Assembly (NCBI GenBank): GCA_963771175.1
Contig: CAVYSY010000043.1
Location: 1-18,463, forward strand
Source: an uncultured delta proteobacterium
GTDB taxonomy: Bacteria > Myxococcota > Myxococcia > Myxococcales > Myxococcaceae
Reading direction: 5' to 3'
DNA length: 18,463 nt
Under the pieces are notes generated by a model that was given only the letters and a program-made list of their open reading frames with translations, ran no database searches and had not been told where the DNA came from. This document shows, piece after piece, positions 1-9,767 of the stretch (position 1 is its first letter; each line of letters opens with the position of its first letter). The position numbers and the translations under genes are program-made.

Positions 1-1102
1 CTAGGAGTTCGACAATCGTGGCCTGCTCGTAACCGGAGGTACGGGCACATAAGTTCCCGCAAGTCCTTCTGAGTTTAGGTTGTAATTCCCAGCAGATGTG
101 CGCGTGACCCGCGCGAGCAGACTGCGGACGGGCGGCGATTCAAGCGCGAGGCGGAGTGAACGGGTATTGCCTCGGCAGACAGCCGCAAGCGAATCAAGTA
201 TGAGGCGTACAGCCCAACCCTGCTGGGCCTCAGTAACAACGGCAAGTCTGCCTACATAGTCCGGGTTGCCGTTGGTTCGAACCACGAGGAGTCGCCTTTC
301 TGCAATGCAAGGCGTGCGATTTCTTCAGAGGGGAGCCGGGCGTACTTCAGCTCTGTAGGGTCGATCCGTACTCCAAGAACATTGGGGATTCGCAGTACAG
401 GTAGCCCAGCCGTATCAGTGTTGCATTTCGTTGAAGTCCCATAGCGGCTGTCTACAACGAGGTCGCCAAGGCGAACACATTGCCATCCGCTCGGAAGTAA
501 CCCAACCTCAGACTCCACAAATCTGTTATGCCGCCCCGGAACCCCCCGTGTTATCAACTCCCCTAACAGCCCTTTCTTGACCACCTCCAGTTGGTCGATG
601 ACGGCTTGCGTCTTCTCGATAGTATCGTCCATCGAGGAAAGGATTTCGGCAATTTTGCGCTGCTCGGAAAGAGGAGGAATGTTCCATGAGAGGCTGCCAA
701 AGTCTTCAAAACTGGCCTTTCGCCTCCGGACATTCGCTTCCTGGGAAATGTCTGCGTATCTCGGTAGCATTCCCGGCCAGCGAAGAAGCGCCTCAAGAAA
801 ATCTGGGTTTACAGTCGAATCGGTCTGGAAGACGTGATAGGCGGGGGCTGATGATGCCTTCCTCGACCCGCTTCTGCCGGCCGATGCTGCCGCTCCAAAG
901 AACCATGGGATCATACGGCAAACTCCCCGTATTTTATTCGCTTATAGCGCGCTGTGTCCTTGCTCGCTATTCGCCTCTTGAATTTCTCACTCTGAAGTAG
1001 GAGGCAATGGTCTTTCGTTACGGAAAGAATGGGGAACTCCTCTGATTCGGCGCGACGAACAACCTCCCGGGCAGAATCCCGAATCGTCGTTTTTGCCAGC
1101 CG

Positions 1103-1113
<11 letters not shown>
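1..1113 (-). CDS. hsdS: Type I restriction-modification specificity subunit (HsdS); partial at window edge, several frameshifts
   Basis: ATG at 1113 (MTPNGWQKRRF) overlaps the hsdM stop. Joined frames give TRD1 (..ILSVTKDH..KFKRRIASKDTARYK..SPAYHVF..), the conserved spacer PPLSEQRKIAEILSSMDDTIEKTQAVIDQLEVVKKGLLGELITRG, TRD2 (LPSGWQCVRLGDL..YGTS..LPVLRIPNV..VRTNGNPDYVGR) and a second PVPP..EQATIVELL at the edge. Frameshifts near 1078, 920, 845, 280 and 30. Confidence 0.92.
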
Positions 1114-2991
<1,878 letters not shown>

Positions 2992-3018
2992 GACTTCCTC
3001 CCCAACAGGTGCGGTCAC
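2992..3018 (+). repeat. 27-bp imperfect direct repeat, copy 1 (partner at 5654-5680)
   Basis: GACTTCCTCCCCAACAGGTGCGGTCAC vs GACTTCCTTCACGGCAGGTGCGGTCAC: 23/27 identical with a perfect 13-bp core CAGGTGCGGTCAC. Confidence 0.7.
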
Positions 3019-3084
3019 CGATGACCGGAACGCCAGGGGGTCTAACATGGAGAGGGCGCCAGCCCGAGGACCGAGGCGCCTGGC

Positions 3085-3114
3085 TTGACGGGCGTCCTCG
3101 CGTTTCCGTGTACT
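3085..3114 (+). promoter_or_regulatory. Possible sigma70-type promoter for the SitA5-like gene
   Basis: TTGACG-N18-TGTACT about 45 bp upstream of the GTG start; resemblance only. Confidence 0.3.
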
Positions 3115-3159
3115 CCCGGAGCGACGGCTCGCACGCCGCGTCGCTCCTGGAGGTGCGCC

Positions 3160-4848
3160 GTGTCTCTCCGTCTTCCTGGCCCGCGTTCGTTGGGCGCGCG
3201 GCTGCGCCCCCTGCTGGGCGGCTGGCTTCTGCTCGTCCTCTTCCTGTTCTCCGCGTGCGCCACGGGCGGCCCTCGCGGCGGCTTCATGGCGGGCTATCGC
3301 TCCAGGGCGCTCGTGCCCCCACCGGCCCCGCGAGAGCGAGTGGCCGACACGGTGGAGCCCGGCCTGGAAGGGGCCATCGTGTACGAGCTGGGCTTCCTGG
3401 AGCCGGGCGCGGTGGCCACCCGGCCGGTGCCCATCCCCCCGGCCGAGTTCCAGCGGGCCGTGCAGCGGCTCTACCGGGAGGTGCGGCTCGGGGGGAAGAC
3501 GCCCCGGGAGGCCGCCCTCGAGCTGCTGCGCCTCCTGCCGCCGCCGCCAGGAGGAGAGGAGACGGTGGCGAGCGCGGGGGACTGGCGGCTGGAGATGTAC
3601 CGGGGCCGGGCCTACACGCTGGTGCCGGAGAGGCAGCAGGGCCCGGTGGCCCTCACGCCCGAGGCCGAGGAGGCGCTGAGGGCGAAGTACCTCGGGTGGT
3701 GTGAGGGGCAGGGCGGCGGCGACTGCATGGGCCTGCTGGACGACGGGCCCTACCTGCGCACGGACGACCGGCGGACACTGGCCCTGGCCCTGGCCTTCGG
3801 CAACGTGCTCGACGAGACGCGCGCGGCCCTGGCGCGCGAGCTGCTGGACGTGCGGGCGCTCGTCTCCATGGTCGTCTGGACGGTGGCCCTCTACTGCATG
3901 ATGTGGCTGGTGCCCGAGCCGACGACCAAGGCGGTGGCCGCCAGCCTGACCCTCCTCCTCATGGGCTACCTGGGCCTCGAGACGGTGTACGGGCTGATGG
4001 ACGGCTGGGCCCGCATGGCCAACGCGGCCCACGAGGCCACCACCTTCGCGGAGCTGCGCGCGGCGGGCGAGGAGTTCGGCAGGGTGCTGGGCGAGGACTC
4101 GGCCCGGGCGATGATTCTGGCGGTGGCCACGCTCAGCGGACACACGCTGGGGCAGGTGGCCTCGCGGGTGAAGTCGCTTCCGGGCTACTCCATGGCGGGG
4201 GCGCAGTGGGAGGCACAGGGCGGGGCGGCACTGCTGGCGCCCGAAGTGGCGGCGGAGACGGCGCTGGTACAGGAGACGGCGCTGGCCCGGGCGGTGGCGG
4301 CGGCGGAGACGGTGGCCACCTCTCCCCAGGGCCCCCTGGCCGTGGTGATGTTCAAGAAGGGGATGGGCGGTGGGGCGGGACAGGCCCCGGGAGGCCGCTC
4401 CGCCACCACCGTGCTCCGGCACCGGGGCGGCAACCAGCAGGTGGCGCTCAGCGATGGCCAGCGCTATCACTTGTCGCGCGGCAAGTCGGTGGCGGACATC
4501 CCCGCCGAGGACGAGGTGGGGGACATGCTCCAGGAGGCCGTCACTCGGGCCGCCAAGGAATGGGGGCCCCACAGGCTCTCTCGCGAAACGAGCGACGCCA
4601 TCAAGAAGCCACTGGAGCAGGGCGAATACTGGCTGGCGCGCCTGTTGGAGCGTGAGGCCCGGGGGCGCTTCGTGCATGCCAAGGTGGAAGCACAGTTCCA
4701 AGGGCGCCTTCAGTTCAACCACCAGGGAGTCGACGTGGTTGACCTGAGGACGGGCCGCAAGTACGAGATTCTCTCCGGCACGGAGTCGAATCTGGCGCGG
4801 CACGGCCGGCGCATGGCGGGCGAGTTCTTCCGGATGCTCACCTTCTGA
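3160..4848 (+). CDS. SitA5-family polymorphic lipoprotein toxin with putative PD-(D/E)xK-like nuclease C-terminal domain
   Basis: GGAGG then GTG at 3160. Signal peptide with lipobox LFSAC (Cys at 3256). SitA5-type core YLGWCEGQGGGDCMGLLDDGPYL..LYCMMWLVPEPTTKAVAA..EATTFAELRAAGEEFGRVLG, a Gly-rich linker, then a C-terminal domain with GRFVHAKV..GVDVVD..KYEILS. A small gene follows immediately. Confidence 0.82.
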   Translation: MSLRLPGPRSLGARLRPLLGGWLLLVLFLFSACATGGPRGGFMAGYRSRALVPPPAPRERVADTVEPGLEGAIVYELGFLEPGAVATRPVPIPPAEFQRAVQRLYREVRLGGKTPREAALELLRLLPPPPGGEETVASAGDWRLEMYRGRAYTLVPERQQGPVALTPEAEEALRAKYLGWCEGQGGGDCMGLLDDGPYLRTDDRRTLALALAFGNVLDETRAALARELLDVRALVSMVVWTVALYCMMWLVPEPTTKAVAASLTLLLMGYLGLETVYGLMDGWARMANAAHEATTFAELRAAGEEFGRVLGEDSARAMILAVATLSGHTLGQVASRVKSLPGYSMAGAQWEAQGGAALLAPEVAAETALVQETALARAVAAAETVATSPQGPLAVVMFKKGMGGGAGQAPGGRSATTVLRHRGGNQQVALSDGQRYHLSRGKSVADIPAEDEVGDMLQEAVTRAAKEWGPHRLSRETSDAIKKPLEQGEYWLARLLEREARGRFVHAKVEAQFQGRLQFNHQGVDVVDLRTGRKYEILSGTESNLARHGRRMAGEFFRMLTF

Positions 4849-4870
4849 AAGGGGCGGCCATGGGGTGGCT
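4763..4870 (+). repeat. 108-bp direct repeat, copy 1 (toxin 3' end, RBS and first immunity codons)
   Basis: 104/108 identical to 5501-5608 by direct alignment. Confidence 0.97.
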
Positions 4871-5495
4871 TGGAGAACGTCCTCATCGAGGACAGGGAGA
4901 TTGCAAACGAGCGGTTCGAGCTGACGGACAAGGATTCGCTCTATTTCCTCGGCCCCAATCTGACGCTGCGCAACTGCACTGTCGTCTTGAAGGTGTCCCG
5001 CCAGTCGCCTGCTCATCAGCGGGGCCCGGTTCATCGACTGCACCTTCGAGGTGAAGCAGGAGCTGAAGAACCATCAGGAGTGGGTGTTCGCATCTCTGAA
5101 GGGCTGCCGCTTCAAGGGGCGCTTGTCGGGGTGCGATTTCGGGCACTGGCCCGAATACGGGGGTGAACCGTGGTATCAGCAGGGCTCCATCGAGGACTGC
5201 GACTTCACCGGGGCCCGGCTGAATGGCTGCCGCTTCATGGGTTGCGACCCGGCCACCTTGCGCTTTCCCCACGTGGCCCTGCTTCACCATCCTGGACCCC
5301 ATTCGCCGCGCCCCTGAGATTACGCGGCGCCAAGTGGCCGGACCTGTTCGGCCGTATCGTTGTGGAGGATCTCCACAACGAACCACCCCCACGGTGGCCG
5401 TGACCTACCACGCCCCCACTGTCGCCAAGCAGCTTGAGACCACCGAGGAAGAACTCAGCGCCGTCATCGAGAAGTTCGACTGCATCGTCTACTGA
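4860..5495 (+). CDS. Putative cognate immunity protein with pentapeptide/beta-solenoid-like repeats; about 5 frameshifts
   Basis: ATG 11 nt after the toxin stop. Joined frames read MGWLENVLIEDREIANERFEL..NLTLRNCTVVL..ARFIDCTF..ASLKGCRFKGRLSGCDF..GSIEDCDFTGARLNGCRF..WPCFTILDP..EKFDCIVY*. Indels near 4870, 4998, 5268, 5318 and 5388. Immunity role inferred from position. Confidence 0.7.
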
Positions 5496-5500
5496 CGCGG

Positions 5501-5608
5501 ACGAGATTCTCTCCGGAACGGCGTCGAATCTGGCGCGGCACGGTCGCCGCATGGCGGGCGAGTTCTTCCGGATGCTCACCTTCTGAAAGGGGCGGCCATG
5601 GGGTGGCT
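5501..5608 (+). repeat. 108-bp direct repeat, copy 2: orphan remnant of a homologous toxin C-terminus/immunity start
   Basis: Encodes EILSGTASNLARHGRRMAGEFFRMLTF* then MGWL*; begins 5 nt after the immunity stop. Confidence 0.95.
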
Positions 5609-5653
5609 CTGACCACCACGAAGCCGGGCTCCGCGTGAAGTCTCCCCGAGCAG

Positions 5654-5680
5654 GACTTCCTTCACGGCAGGTGCGGTCAC
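5654..5680 (+). repeat. 27-bp imperfect direct repeat, copy 2 (partner at 2992-3018)
   Basis: 23/27 identity to 2992-3018; lies 54 bp upstream of the second toxin-like gene. Confidence 0.7.
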
Positions 5681-5734
5681 GTCGCCCTGTCGCCGGGTGG
5701 TAGCCTGGGGGAGACGTTGCCCGGGAGGGGCCAG

Positions 5735-6265
5735 ATGCTCGCGGTGGTGTTGTTGCTGCTGGCGCAGATTCCGTGCGCGGCGAATGACATGACGGTGGTG
5801 TGCAATTGCAAGCAGGGGGCGGTCGGCGCGTGCGACACGCTGCGGCTGAGTGAGCCGCAAGTGGTCGCGGAGATTGAGGCCGCGGTGCAGGCGGCGGCGG
5901 CGGCGCAGGGGGCACAGAAAGCGATCGAGGCGATTCGGGCCGAGGGCGAGACCTCCCCCGCCTCGCCCGAGCCGCCCGATTGCAAGGGGCAGATGCATCA
6001 CGTCATCTCCCGGCCCATCGCCGAGAAGCTGAAGAAGCATGAAATGCTGAGCGGTCATTACACGCCGAGGGACCCACGGTTCGTCACCCGGGCCGTGGAT
6101 GAACAGGCTCACTGTGGCTACCAGGAGTGGCACCGGAATGTGGACGCCGAGGTCATTGAGTGGCTCGAGCAACGCTCCAAGGCGACTCCCAAGGAGTTCG
6201 AGGCCTTCCTTCGGGAAGTCTACAGGCGGCCCGACATGCTCAGGAGGTTCCCTCGTGGCTTCTGA
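5735..6265 (+). CDS. Small exported Cys-rich putative nuclease toxin (AHH/HNH-like His motif), 176 aa
   Basis: GGGAGGGG then ATG at 5735. Hydrophobic N-terminus MLAVVLLLLAQIPC, a CNCKQG..C segment, an Ala-rich helix, then QMHHVISRPI..AHCGYQEWH..ATPKEFEAFLREVY. The stop overlaps the next gene. Confidence 0.65.
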   Translation: MLAVVLLLLAQIPCAANDMTVVCNCKQGAVGACDTLRLSEPQVVAEIEAAVQAAAAAQGAQKAIEAIRAEGETSPASPEPPDCKGQMHHVISRPIAEKLKKHEMLSGHYTPRDPRFVTRAVDEQAHCGYQEWHRNVDAEVIEWLEQRSKATPKEFEAFLREVYRRPDMLRRFPRGF

Positions 6266-6923
6266 GTCCGTTGCCTCCCCACGCTTCTTCGTCCTGAAAC
6301 AGGGGGTCACCTTTTCCCGTTACGACGCGGATGTTGAAGATGTCGAGCCGGTCCACCGCGGAGCGGGTCCCCGCTGCCCGCGGTGCGGTGATCCCATCGG
6401 CATGAAGCCATGGCTTCCGCCCCACCGAGCAGAGTTGGTGCTGCATGGCGAGGAGCTCGGGGACTTCATCAAGGTCTTTGGGAATGACCTGCTGGTGTCC
6501 GAGCGGTTCGCCCAGGCCTTCCGGGAGGAGGGGCTCACGGGACTGGATGGCTTCCACCCGGTGGAGGTGGTGCGGGTGCGCCGGAAGCGGCGAGGCCCCA
6601 AGCCCGCTCACGTTCCCCGGTATCTGCTCGTCAGGGTCTGCTTCGGCCGGGCGGCGGTGGACGTGGCGCGCAGCCGCATCCGCTATGTCAGGCCTCCCAC
6701 CTGCGAGGAGTGTCGCTCCGAGGGTATCGACGCCATCCACGGCTTCACCCTGGAGGAGGGCACCTGGAGGGGCGAGGACATCTTCCATCCCCGAGGGGGA
6801 CAGGGAGTCCTGACGGTGTCCGAGCGGTTCGAGCGTTTCGTGGAGCGGCACGGCTTCACCAACCTGCGGATGACGCCCACGGAGGAGTACGTGTGGAACC
6901 CGCTGGGCCGTCCCCCTCCGTGA
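6255..6923 (+). CDS. Putative immunity protein, double-CxxC (SitI6-like)/Imm11-like, 222 aa
   Basis: AGGAGG (6242-6247) then GTG at 6255, overlapping the upstream gene by 11 nt. CPRCG and CEECR pairs; duplicated LLVSERFAQAFREEGLTGL / LTVSERFERFVERHGFTNL motif typical of these myxobacterial immunity families. Confidence 0.7.
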   Translation: MASESVASPRFFVLKQGVTFSRYDADVEDVEPVHRGAGPRCPRCGDPIGMKPWLPPHRAELVLHGEELGDFIKVFGNDLLVSERFAQAFREEGLTGLDGFHPVEVVRVRRKRRGPKPAHVPRYLLVRVCFGRAAVDVARSRIRYVRPPTCEECRSEGIDAIHGFTLEEGTWRGEDIFHPRGGQGVLTVSERFERFVERHGFTNLRMTPTEEYVWNPLGRPPP

Positions 6924-6929
6924 GGTCTC

Positions 6930-7838
6930 TCACCCCGCGGGGCTCGCGCCGGGGGGCTCGGGCGTCTCCGCCTCGGGCGGCAGCACGTAGGGCCCGAGCG
7001 TGTCCCGGTACTCGCGCACCAGGGTCTCGGGCGCCCGCACCTTCCGGCCCGTGAGCATCGTCTGCAGCATCATCGCGTTGGCCACGCCCTTGCCTCGCAC
7101 GTGGTTGTTGGTCACCACGTACACGTCGCTCACCCGCGGATGCGCCGCCATCTCCTTCGTGCGCTCGGCCCAGGGTTTCAGCTCCTTCGCCGTGTACAGG
7201 TAGTCGTAGCGCTCCAGCACGCTCGCCGTCTTGCGGAACCAGTTGCGGTAGTTGCGCCCATGCACCCGCACGTAGCCCACCGAGGACGTCACCCGCGCGC
7301 TCGGGCCCAGCGAGCTCTTGAAGAGCGGTTGGTCGATGTTCACGAAGCCCACGCCCCGCTCCGCCAGTTCCTCGAATACGTCCCGCTCGTTCCACGACGC
7401 GTGCCGCACCTCCAGCACCAGCGGCCAGTCGGAGAACTCGCTCACCAGCGCATCCAGCCAGTCCCGGTTCTCCTCGGTGTTGCGGAATGACCAGGGGAAC
7501 TGCATCAGCACCGCCCCCAGCCGCCCGGCCTCCTGCATCATGTCCAGCCCGGCCCGCGTCTGGCGGACCTCCTCCGCCGTCCACACCGCGTCCCGCTCGT
7601 GGGTGAAGCGCTTCCACAGCTTCGCGGTGAAGCGGAAGTCCGGGTTGAAGTCCGTGCGCTCCAGCCAGAGCTCCACGTTGTGGCGGCTCACCGGCCGGTA
7701 GAAGCTGGTGTTCAGCTCCAGTGCGTCGAAGTACCCCGCCAGGAAGGCCAGCGGGTCGAACCCCTTCGGCTTCGGTTTCGGGTACACCACCCCCGCCCAA
7801 TCGTCGTAGCTCCATCCCGCAGGGCCGATGCGAATCAC
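6930..7838 (-). CDS. DUF72 (YecE-like) family protein
   Basis: GGAGG then GTG at 7838; IRIGPAGWSYDDWAGVVYP, LELNTSFYRP, FRFTAKLWKRFTH, GRLGAVLMQFPWSF, LEVRHASW, YVRVHGRN, RYDYLY, VYVVTNNH. Confidence 0.93.
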   Translation of the reverse strand: MIRIGPAGWSYDDWAGVVYPKPKPKGFDPLAFLAGYFDALELNTSFYRPVSRHNVELWLERTDFNPDFRFTAKLWKRFTHERDAVWTAEEVRQTRAGLDMMQEAGRLGAVLMQFPWSFRNTEENRDWLDALVSEFSDWPLVLEVRHASWNERDVFEELAERGVGFVNIDQPLFKSSLGPSARVTSSVGYVRVHGRNYRNWFRKTASVLERYDYLYTAKELKPWAERTKEMAAHPRVSDVYVVTNNHVRGKGVANAMMLQTMLTGRKVRAPETLVREYRDTLGPYVLPPEAETPEPPGASPAG

Positions 7839-7977
7839 GCGCGCGCCTCCTCTCGGGTGATGAAGAAAGGTGGGGCTGGCTTCGACGCATCGCAGCGCGA
7901 GCCTGTCCGGCTGTCCTGGGAGGAGGGAGTCGGCCCGTGGGGGGCTTTTCACTCCTGGTGCTTCCCCAAGCCTTCTT

Positions 7978-8022
7978 CCGCAAAGGCTGCGCGCCCGCCG
8001 GGGGCCACCGCAAACACTGCGC
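7978..8022. promoter_or_regulatory. Tandem semi-palindromic boxes CCGCA-N5-TGCGC; putative sigma54 enhancer-binding-protein sites
   Basis: CCGCAAAGGCTGCGC (7978-7992) and CCGCAAACACTGCGC (8008-8022), 30 bp apart, upstream of a sigma54 motif. Confidence 0.65.
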
Positions 8023-8065
8023 TCGGGGCCCGCTCCAACCCACTGAATTCCAAGGGAATAGGCGT

Positions 8066-8081
8066 TGGCGCTCCGCATGCA
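8066..8081 (+). promoter_or_regulatory. Sigma54 (-24/-12) promoter of the HPF/RaiA gene
   Basis: TGGCGCTCCGCATGCA has GG-N10-GC spacing matching TGGCAC-N5-TTGCA; 54 bp before the ATG at 8136. Confidence 0.7.
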
Positions 8082-8135
8082 ATAGGAGAGGTCGTCACGA
8101 CGGCTCCAACGGGGAGCCAAGCAAGAGGCGCGAAG

Positions 8136-8468
8136 ATGAAGCGAGACCTGCAGATCACCTTCCGTGGAATGAACCCCAGCGATGCCCTCGCGGCGCACAT
8201 CCGCGACAACGCGGACAAGCTCGAGCAGTTCTTCGATGGCATCACCGGCTGCCACGTGGTGGTGGAGGAGCCGCACCGGCATCATCAGCAGGGCAAGCAT
8301 TTCCACGTCCACCTGGACCTGCACGTGCCCGGCAAGAACATCGTGGTCGACCGCGATCATGGTGAGCGCGCCGCGCACGAGGACCCCTACCAGGCCGTGA
8401 ACGATGCCTTCGATGCTGCCCGGCGCCAGTTGCAGCACTACGCCGAGGGGCTTCACGCCCACCGTTGA
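8136..8468 (+). CDS. HPF/RaiA family ribosome-associated protein (S30AE domain, short form), 110 aa
   Basis: MKRDLQITFRGMNPSDALAAHIRDNADKLEQFFDGITGCHVVVE..FHVHLDLHVPG..HEDPYQAVNDAFDAARRQL. Confidence 0.9.
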   Translation: MKRDLQITFRGMNPSDALAAHIRDNADKLEQFFDGITGCHVVVEEPHRHHQQGKHFHVHLDLHVPGKNIVVDRDHGERAAHEDPYQAVNDAFDAARRQLQHYAEGLHAHR

Positions 8469-8541
8469 AGCGCGTGAGGGGCGGCCAGGCTAGAGGCCAC
8501 CGCCTCGACCCGCTCCCAGAAGGAGCGGGTCCATGAGCGAC

Positions 8542-8580
8542 GGGGGAGGGCTCCATCAGGGCCTTCCCCCTTTCGCTTTT
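8542..8580 (+). terminator. Putative intrinsic terminator between convergent genes
   Basis: GGGGGAGGGCTC-CATCA-GGGCCTTCCCCC stem (with G-U pairs) followed by TTTCGCTTTT. Confidence 0.55.
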
Positions 8581-8589
8581 CCGGGGGCC

Positions 8590-9606
8590 TCAGCGGCGGG
8601 TGGCCTCGAGGTAGGCGATGTTGCCGATGTCGTCCCGGAAGAGCCGCTGCGTGGCCAGCTCGTTCCGGGGGATGTCCTGGAGCCACTCGCACAGCTCGGG
8701 CTCCTCCCGGTAGAGGAGCCACCAGTCCATGAAGGCTTCCATGTACGCCTTGCAGCCCCTGTCGAAGGCGCCGTCGGTGTAGTTGGCCAGCAGCAGCCGC
8801 CCGCCGGAGCGCAGCATCGAGAAGAGGATGTGGCTCAGCCGGATGGCGACGGGCTGGGGCAGGTAGTCGTAGAGGCCCGCCGCGTAGATGAAGTCCAGGT
8901 CGGAGAACGTCTGCTGCCCCTTCAGCAGCGCCTTGACCGAGCCGGGGACCGCCTCGACTCCGAGCGGCACCAGCTCGCGCTGGACCACGGCCAGGCTCTT
9001 GGGGTCCTGGTCGAGCGCCAGGAACCGGCCGAGCCGCCGCTCCCGCACGGCCTCGGAGCACTGGGCCTCGCGCAGGTGACCGCAGGCCACCGAGAGGACT
9101 CGCGCCTCCGGGAGCTCTTCCGCGAGCTCGTCGAGCCGCCGCGCCAGCATGTCCCGTCGCCAGCGGAGGCTGATGGCACTCGGCTGCTCGTACATGAACT
9201 GGCAGAGCTCCTGGCCCAGCCTCGAGGCGCGGGTCCGCTCCGGCATCTCCGTCTGGTACATGAGGTCGAGCAGCACCGCGTCTCCCGCGTACCCGCGCGG
9301 TCTCGCGAAGCTCCTGCGCGCGATGGGATCCTGGTGCACGAGCTCCCGGATGGGGTGCGAGAGACAGTCCTGGCAGAAGCGCTTCCAGTCCTCGTGGACC
9401 ATCACGGAGCGCGCGTGCCCCAGCGTGGAGAACAGGGTCCACATGCCCCGCGTCGTCTCGCCGCCCGCGAGCGCGTCATGCGCCCGGTCCAATCCCTCCC
9501 AGTGGAAGTCCCACCCGTCACCAAGATGCTCTGGCAGTCGCCGCTCCACCGACTCGCCACCATACGTCCCCTGCCGCGTGCTCTCCCCACGGGTGAGCTC
9601 TGCCAT
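8590..9606 (-). CDS. Class I SAM-dependent methyltransferase (PhcB-like)
   Basis: GGAGG RBS; RPRGYAGD motif, motif I VLSVACGHLRE, ALDQD, DFIYAAGLYDYL, LRSGGRLLLAN, YMEAFMDWWLLYR. Confidence 0.85.
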   Translation of the reverse strand: MAELTRGESTRQGTYGGESVERRLPEHLGDGWDFHWEGLDRAHDALAGGETTRGMWTLFSTLGHARSVMVHEDWKRFCQDCLSHPIRELVHQDPIARRSFARPRGYAGDAVLLDLMYQTEMPERTRASRLGQELCQFMYEQPSAISLRWRRDMLARRLDELAEELPEARVLSVACGHLREAQCSEAVRERRLGRFLALDQDPKSLAVVQRELVPLGVEAVPGSVKALLKGQQTFSDLDFIYAAGLYDYLPQPVAIRLSHILFSMLRSGGRLLLANYTDGAFDRGCKAYMEAFMDWWLLYREEPELCEWLQDIPRNELATQRLFRDDIGNIAYLEATRR

Positions 9607-9726
9607 GTCTGTCCTCCAGGCTCGTTACATGCTGAAGGGCAGAACACTTACGGTTCGCACTCGCAGTCTCAGGCGCAAGGTGTCCGCCTCGTCGCCATCC
9701 CAGGACTCGATGGGAGGCACGTTCCT

Positions 9727-9752
9727 CGCTTCGCCTGGCACCCAGGGAAGCG
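9727..9752 (-). terminator. GC-rich hairpin downstream of the cNMP-binding gene
   Basis: CGCTTC-G-CCTGG-CAC-CCAGG-GAAGCG inverted repeat 15 bp past the stop; no clear U-tract. Confidence 0.35.
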
Positions 9753-9767
9753 CGCGGGGGGGCCGCG

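Noticed and set aside
4763..5680. Repeats as a CRISPR array or IS ends
   Set aside because: Only two copies of each, no regular spacers, no inverted termini and no cas or transposase gene.
7599..8462. N-terminal extensions of the DUF72 ORF (to 8462) and the HPF ORF (from 7599)
   Set aside because: They overlap each other and the regulatory spacer; the starts at 7838 (with GGAGG RBS) and 8136 match the family N-termini.
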